Assembly (NCBI GenBank): GCA_900617105.1
Contig: UYFQ01000001.1
Span: forward strand, 992,001 to 1,056,000
From: Hydrurus foetidus
Taxonomy: Eukaryota
Direction: 5' to 3'
DNA: 64,000 nt
Below are positions 58,616 through 64,000 of the stretch, in pieces. Made by a program: the position numbers and the translations under genes. Every line of letters begins with the position of its first letter. Positions within the stretch are counted from its first letter, which is position 1. Under the pieces are notes generated by a model, which saw only the letters and a list, made by a program, of their open reading frames with translations, searched no databases and was not told where the DNA came from.

Positions 58616-59461
58616 TCAGGCCCGCTCAGCCGCTTCCAGCGTATTCACCAACAGCATCGTGATCGTCATCGGCCCCACACCGCCGGGCACGGGGGTGATG
58701 TGGCTGGCGACGGTGCTCACGCCGGCGAAGTCCACGTCGCCGCAGAGTTTGCCTTCGTCATTGCGGTTCATGCCCACATCAATCACCACGGCACCGGGTT
58801 TCACCATGTCGGCGGTCAGCACGTTGCGTTTGCCAACTGCCGCGACGATCACGTCGGCTTGCAGCGTCATCGCCTTCAGGTCTGGGGTGCCGCTGTGGCA
58901 GATGGTGACGGTGGCGTTCTTTTGCAGCAGCATCAGGGCCATCGGTTTGCCGACAATGTTCGAGCGGCCAATCACCACGGCATGTTTACCCTTGAGGTCG
59001 TAGCCAATGCTTTCCAGCATCTTCATGCAGCCATAAGGCGTGCAGGGCCAGAAGCCGGGCATGCCGGTCATCAACGCCCCGGCGCTGGCGATGTGGAAGC
59101 CGTCCACGTCTTTCAGGGGGGAGATGGCTTCGATGACTTTTTGCGCGTCAATGTGGGCGGGCAGGGGAAGTTGCACCAAGATGCCGTGGATGCTGGGGTC
59201 GTTGTTCAAGGCATCGACGCGGGCCAGCAGGGCGGCTTCGGTCATTGTGGCCTCGTGCTTTTCCAGCAGCGAATACAGGCCGTTGTCTTCACAGGCTTTG
59301 ACTTTGTTGCGCACGTAGACTTGGCTTGCGGCGTTTTCACCCACCAAAATCACCGCCAGGCCGGGGACGATGCCACGGGCTTTGAGCACAGCGGCGCGTT
59401 CGGCGACTTGGGTGCGCAGTTGCTTGGAGAGGGCGTTACCGTCGATGAGTTGGGCTGTCAT
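58616..59461 (-). CDS. folD: Methylenetetrahydrofolate dehydrogenase/cyclohydrolase
   Basis: [43 protein letters not shown]. Confidence 0.97.
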   Translation of the reverse strand: MTAQLIDGNALSKQLRTQVAERAAVLKARGIVPGLAVILVGENAASQVYVRNKVKACEDNGLYSLLEKHEATMTEAALLARVDALNNDPSIHGILVQLPLPAHIDAQKVIEAISPLKDVDGFHIASAGALMTGMPGFWPCTPYGCMKMLESIGYDLKGKHAVVIGRSNIVGKPMALMLLQKNATVTICHSGTPDLKAMTLQADVIVAAVGKRNVLTADMVKPGAVVIDVGMNRNDEGKLCGDVDFAGVSTVASHITPVPGGVGPMTITMLLVNTLEAAERA

Positions 59462-59572
59462 GGGGGGCTTTTAAAGGGTGTTTCTGAAGTGAAAAACGCC
59501 CGTTGTGCAAGACAAACGGGCGTAGTGTGCTATGAATAACTGAGCAATGATGAAGCGTTACATCACGACAGG

Positions 59573-60199
59573 TTAGGTCTTGGGTGCGTTCTGGCCCAGA
59601 GCGATCTTCAGCAAATCAGCCACGGTGTTGGCGTTGAGCTTTTCCATGATGTTGGCGCGGTGCGCCTCCACGGTTTTGATGCTGATGCCCAAGTCGTCGG
59701 CGATTTGCTTGTTCAGGCGACCTGCGACGATGCGTTCCAGCACCTGCGCTTCGCGGCTGGTGAGCTTGGACAAGAGCGCACCCCGGCTGGCGGCTTGCTG
59801 GAATTCAGCGAAGGCGTTCTTCGCGGCGTCCAGCATGCGTTCGACCAAGCTGACGAGCTCTTCTTCTTTGAAGGGCTTTTGGATGAAATCCATCGCACCC
59901 TTTTTCATGGTGTCCACCGCCATGGGCACATCGCCGTGGCCGGTGATGAACACGATGGGCAAAGGGCTGCGTCGCTCAATCAGACGATCTTGCAGCTCTA
60001 GGCCGGTCATGCCACCCATGCGGATGTCTACGATCAGGCAGGCTACTTCGCGGGCGTCGTAACGCGAGAGGAAGGATTCAGCCGAGTCGTAGCAGCGCAC
60101 CCGGTAGTCTTTGCCTTCTAACAGCCATTGCAAGGAGTCGCGCACGGCCTCGTCATCATCTACGACGTAAACAGTGCCTTTTTTGGGAATCAAACTCAT
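59573..60199 (-). CDS. FixJ/LuxR-family response regulator
   Basis: VVDDD, DIRM, TGHGD, KP; LTSRE...NKQIA HTH. Confidence 0.93.
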   Translation of the reverse strand: MSLIPKKGTVYVVDDDEAVRDSLQWLLEGKDYRVRCYDSAESFLSRYDAREVACLIVDIRMGGMTGLELQDRLIERRSPLPIVFITGHGDVPMAVDTMKKGAMDFIQKPFKEEELVSLVERMLDAAKNAFAEFQQAASRGALLSKLTSREAQVLERIVAGRLNKQIADDLGISIKTVEAHRANIMEKLNANTVADLLKIALGQNAPKT

Positions 60200-60256
60200 G
60201 CAGTCATCCTGGGATCGTTTCGGGGGTTGGGTAAGTGAAGCTGTGGGGGGCGGAGG

Positions 60257-62791
60257 TTACATGGGCAACCAGAAAGAGAATCTACAGCCCGAAATTTCAG
60301 CACCATTGTAGATGTTCTCTGCTTTAACCCGTCCTTGGTGCGACTCGATGATGGTGCGGCATAAATTCAGTCCGATGCCCATGCCCTCAACCTTGGTGGA
60401 GAAGAATGCTTCGTAAAGCCGCTCCATCACCTCGGGCGACAAGCCAAGACCTGTGTCCATCACCGCGAACTCCACCACCGATTGCTTGTCCATCTGCTTG
60501 GGCACCACCCTCAGTTCCACACTGCGGCCGCCAGTGGGGCGCTGGGCATTGTCTACCGATTCGGCGGCGTTCTTGAGCAAATTCACCAGCACCTGCTCAA
60601 TCAAAATCGGATCCACATGCAGCAGTGGCAAGCGGGCTGCGATGTAGTGGTTCAGGCGCACATTGCGGCGGCGCAACTCGAACCCGGCCAGCTCTACGGC
60701 TTCGTTCACCATGGTGGTCACGTCAGACGGTGTGCGGTTAGGCTCGCTGCGTTTCACAAATGAGCGGATGCGCTGGATGATTTGCCCGGCGCGTTGGGCT
60801 TGTTTGGCGGTTTTTTCCAGCGCTGCCAGCAGGTCAGCCTCTTCAATCTGTTTGCCTTTGATGCGCGACACCATGCCGTTGCAGTAATTGTTGATGGCGG
60901 TCAGTGGCTGGTTCAGCTCATGCGCCACACTGGAGACCATCTCGCCCATCGTGACGAGGCGGCTGGCGGACTGTGCCCGCTCTGCTTGCGCGGCAGATGA
61001 ATCCTCAGCCACGCGGCGTGGGGTGATGTTGGTGGCAATCACCATTTGCGCCAATCGGCCATCCACCCAGGTCAGGTAGCGGGCTCGCACTTCCAACCAC
61101 AAACCCAAGGCGGGTATGAAAATTTCGGTGCTTTGGGCTTGTACATCGGTCAAGGTGTCGATGGGCAAGCCCATCATGGAATCCACATCGTCGATGGACT
61201 CGTAAGCGGTGGTACGGGCCAAGGTGCCGGCTTGCATTACCAGCTGCGAATGGCCTTCGGTATCTTGGCCAAACCACTGCTGGTAGAGCTTGTTGGCGTA
61301 CAGCAGCTCTTTGTTGCCCAACGGTGCTACAGAAATTGCAGCATCTAATGCTTCCAGCACAGTGGTAAACCGCTCATACGATGCTGAGAGTTGCTCGCGG
61401 ATGCGGTTGGGTTCTGTGATGTCGGTGATGGAGGTCATCCAGCCGGTTTGCACACCGTAAGCGTCCACCAGCGGCGACACGTAGAGCCGGGCATCAAAGA
61501 GGCTGTTGTTGCGCCGCTTCACCCGTACTTGGAAGCCAGCGGTGGGGGTGCGTCCGCCCAATTCGTCTTCCAGCCGCGCGGCCAGCATGTCGCGATCGGC
61601 TTCTGGCCAGTAAGGGTAGGGGGCAGTGCGGCCTACGATTTCGGCCTCGCTCCAGCCTGTCATCTGGCAAAAGGCAGCGTTGATGTAGGTGATGCGGCCT
61701 TGCAAATCCATCGCCCGCATCCCGGTGGGCATGGAGTTTTCCATGGCGCGGCGAAAGTTGGTCTCGGTCAACAGGGCTTGCTGGGCGTACAGGCGGCGAC
61801 GGGTGTGCCGCCATGTCACGATCAGCATCCACACCGTCAGCGCGCTTAACGCGCCCACCAGCCAAAACAGGCTGCTGCCCACCATGCCCAGCGAGGTGCG
61901 CCACGCCTGCGCACGAATGACTAAGCCACTGCCCACCGGCGTGATGGGGATTTCGTAGGCGCTGCTGGGGCTTGACCACGGCAGCAGTTGGGCCGCTTTA
62001 GGCCGTGCCGGGATGCTGTTACCCGCCAGCACACGGCCTTGAGCATCGAGCAGTGCGACGGCGTATTTTGTCCACACATCGGCGAGCACACCGAGCTGCA
62101 AGATGCTTTCTACCGAGTATTCGGCCAGCAGCTCACCCGTGACGCGGGCTTGTTTGGGGAAAGGCAGGTGGAGTTCCAGGATGGCAGGGCGCTCTTGGCG
62201 GGCCATGGGTTGGGCATACACCGGCTGCTGCATGGCCATCGCCAGCGCGAAACTCCGCTGTGTGTCGCTGGGCGGCAGTGCGTCGCCGGTCAAACGCAGT
62301 TGCTGGCTGTTCATGCTGGGCGCAGCGTAGCTGGCCAAGATGCGGCCAGTGCGGTCTACCCAGCTCAGGATGTGCAGCTCAGGGTACTGGTCCATCAGCG
62401 ATTCGGCGCGGCCTATGAACTCTTCGGTGTCGATCTCGGCATTGGCGGTTTCCCGGGCAAGGCGCACCAGCTGGTCTTGGCGTTCCAGCAGGCGCAGGCG
62501 GATTTGCTGCTGGGCGTATTCCACATCGCGTTTGAGCGCTTCGTGTTCGCGTTCCATTTCTTCGAGCCGCAGGTAGCTGAACGACGCCACGATGGCGGCG
62601 AGGAACAGCAGCACGGCGGCAATGGGAGCCAGCAGGGCCAAACGATCTTGCCGGGTGGCGGGCTGGCGAGTCCACCACAAGCGCCACCAACGGTTAACGT
62701 TTTTTCGGCGTTCAGGCCCAGGAAAAGGCTTGGGCGGCGGCGTAGAAGCAGGTGTCGAAGAGGGCGTGGAAGAAGGGAGGCGATCTTGCAT
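60257..62791 (-). CDS. PAS-domain sensor histidine kinase
   Basis: Two TM segments, PAS domain, AHELNQPL, NLLKNA, DTGLG, FFSTK, GMGIGL. Confidence 0.93.
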   Translation of the reverse strand: MQDRLPSSTPSSTPASTPPPKPFPGPERRKNVNRWWRLWWTRQPATRQDRLALLAPIAAVLLFLAAIVASFSYLRLEEMEREHEALKRDVEYAQQQIRLRLLERQDQLVRLARETANAEIDTEEFIGRAESLMDQYPELHILSWVDRTGRILASYAAPSMNSQQLRLTGDALPPSDTQRSFALAMAMQQPVYAQPMARQERPAILELHLPFPKQARVTGELLAEYSVESILQLGVLADVWTKYAVALLDAQGRVLAGNSIPARPKAAQLLPWSSPSSAYEIPITPVGSGLVIRAQAWRTSLGMVGSSLFWLVGALSALTVWMLIVTWRHTRRRLYAQQALLTETNFRRAMENSMPTGMRAMDLQGRITYINAAFCQMTGWSEAEIVGRTAPYPYWPEADRDMLAARLEDELGGRTPTAGFQVRVKRRNNSLFDARLYVSPLVDAYGVQTGWMTSITDITEPNRIREQLSASYERFTTVLEALDAAISVAPLGNKELLYANKLYQQWFGQDTEGHSQLVMQAGTLARTTAYESIDDVDSMMGLPIDTLTDVQAQSTEIFIPALGLWLEVRARYLTWVDGRLAQMVIATNITPRRVAEDSSAAQAERAQSASRLVTMGEMVSSVAHELNQPLTAINNYCNGMVSRIKGKQIEEADLLAALEKTAKQAQRAGQIIQRIRSFVKRSEPNRTPSDVTTMVNEAVELAGFELRRRNVRLNHYIAARLPLLHVDPILIEQVLVNLLKNAAESVDNAQRPTGGRSVELRVVPKQMDKQSVVEFAVMDTGLGLSPEVMERLYEAFFSTKVEGMGIGLNLCRTIIESHQGRVKAENIYNGAEISGCRFSFWLPM

Positions 62792-62998
62792 GCGCGGGAG
62801 TGTAGGCGAGTGTTCATTAAACGCTCGGTACTTACCCGTGCCTCACAAGTATTTACCCTTCTTTTGGCATGGAATACGCAGTTTTACGTAGGTAATTTCA
62901 CATAATGAGATCATTGATCACTATTTGAAATTTTTGAAAATCATGAGAGAATAGACTTGCACCACTAAATCACGACCTTACTTTTTCAGGAGACAAGC

Positions 62999-64000
62999 AT
63001 GTCAGCTATGCCCCAAAACCTGTCTGGCGCGCCTGCCGCAGACGCAGACAGCCAAGAAACCCGCGAATGGATGGACGCGCTGTCAGCCGTCATTGAGGCC
63101 GAAGGCCCAGAACGCGCCCATTACCTGCTGGAGCAGCTCTTGGAGCACGCCCGCCAAAGCAGCATCGACATGCCGTTTTCGGCCAACACCGGCTACGTCA
63201 ACACCATTGAGGTAGACCAAGAAGCGCGTTGCACAGGCAACATCGAAATCGAAGAGCGCCTGCGCTCGTACATGCGCTGGAACGCGATGGCGATGGTGGT
63301 CAAAGCCAACCGCCATCACCCCATCGACGGTGGCGATTTGGGCGGCCATATCGGCTCATTCGCTTCACTCGCCCACATGTTTGGCGCGGGTTTCAACCAT
63401 TTTTGGCACGCTGAAAACAACACCCCCGGCAAAGAGCACGGCGGGGACTGCCTCTACATCCAGGGCCACGTATCGCCCGGCGTTTACGCCCGCGCTTACC
63501 TGGAAGGCCGTTTGACCGAAGAGCAGTTGCTCAACTTCCGTCAAGAAGTGGATGGCAAAGGCTTGTCCAGCTACCCGCACCCCAAGTTGATGCCTGAGTT
63601 CTGGCAGTTCCCCACTGTGTCGATGGGCCTTGGCCCGTTGATGGCGATCTACCAAGCCCGTTTCCTGAAGTATTTGCACGCCCGTGGCATTGCCAACACC
63701 GAGAATCGCAAAATCTGGGTGTTCTGCGGGGACGGCGAGATGGACGAAGTTGAATCCTTGGGTGCTATCGGCTTGGCCGCACGCGAAAAGCTGGACAACC
63801 TCGTGTTCGTCATCAACTGCAACTTGCAACGCTTGGACGGCCCTGTGCGCGGCAACGGCAAGATCGTGCAAGAGCTGGAAGGCGAATTCCGTGGTGCTGG
63901 TTGGAACGTCATCAAGCTGCTCTGGGGCAGCGAGTGGGATCCGCTCTTGGCCCGCGACAAAGACGGTGCCCTCAAAAAGCTGATGATGGAAACGCTGGAC
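62999..64000 (+). CDS. aceE: Pyruvate dehydrogenase E1 component (partial, runs off window)
   Basis: AGGAG RBS, ATG 62999; ETREW, RWNAMAMV, GGHI, SSYPHP, QFPTVSMGLG, GDGEMDE, NCNLQRLDGP. Confidence 0.96.
   Translation, partial: MSAMPQNLSGAPAADADSQETREWMDALSAVIEAEGPERAHYLLEQLLEHARQSSIDMPFSANTGYVNTIEVDQEARCTGNIEIEERLRSYMRWNAMAMVVKANRHHPIDGGDLGGHIGSFASLAHMFGAGFNHFWHAENNTPGKEHGGDCLYIQGHVSPGVYARAYLEGRLTEEQLLNFRQEVDGKGLSSYPHPKLMPEFWQFPTVSMGLGPLMAIYQARFLKYLHARGIANTENRKIWVFCGDGEMDEVESLGAIGLAAREKLDNLVFVINCNLQRLDGPVRGNGKIVQELEGEFRGAGWNVIKLLWGSEWDPLLARDKDGALKKLMMETLD

Noticed and set aside
62895..62911. Dyad ATTTCA-N5-TGAGAT upstream of aceE
   Set aside because: Plausible regulator site, but a single imperfect copy in AT-rich DNA is not enough to call.
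1..64000. tRNA, rRNA, integrase, transposase or prophage genes
   Set aside because: None recognised; intergenic gaps are short and show no cloverleaf or IS-like ends I can support.

Overview
This 64-kb window looks like betaproteobacterial chromosomal DNA, most likely Comamonadaceae (Rhodoferax/Acidovorax-like), judged from gene order and protein style. Most of it is housekeeping backbone: recR(3' end), mltD-gloB / methyltransferase-rnhA, an RND pump, ppsR/ppsA, rpsF-priB-rpsR-rplI-dnaB, phoH, bcp, alaA-hom, pyrD, rpiA, garD, prlC, folD, a PAS two-component system and the start of aceE. The most striking accessory block is 43.3-48.2 kb, between hom and pyrD. It holds a P-loop ATPase followed by a protein with a degenerate NTPase-like N-terminus and about 9.6 near-identical 144-bp TPR-like repeats. 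The repeats vary mainly at one short residue patch and show a 432-bp higher-order duplication. A GTAG-type REP and a PIN toxin-antitoxin pair follow. I read this as a candidate NLR-like sensing/conflict system with a recombinable recognition array; this is inference and no function can be shown from sequence. Other points of interest: a PQQ alcohol dehydrogenase with the lanthanide-type D-x-D motif behind a clear sigma54 promoter; a tartrate/glycerate-type catabolic island collapsed by serial deletions; a HEPN-MNT pair abutting folD; a frameshifted ABC binding protein; a lipase/foldase pair; and a degenerate ~55-bp AT-rich element that recurs between genes and in-frame inside several CDSs. I saw no rRNA, tRNA, CRISPR array, integrase or transposase. 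All calls rest on motif recognition and recall; no searches were run.
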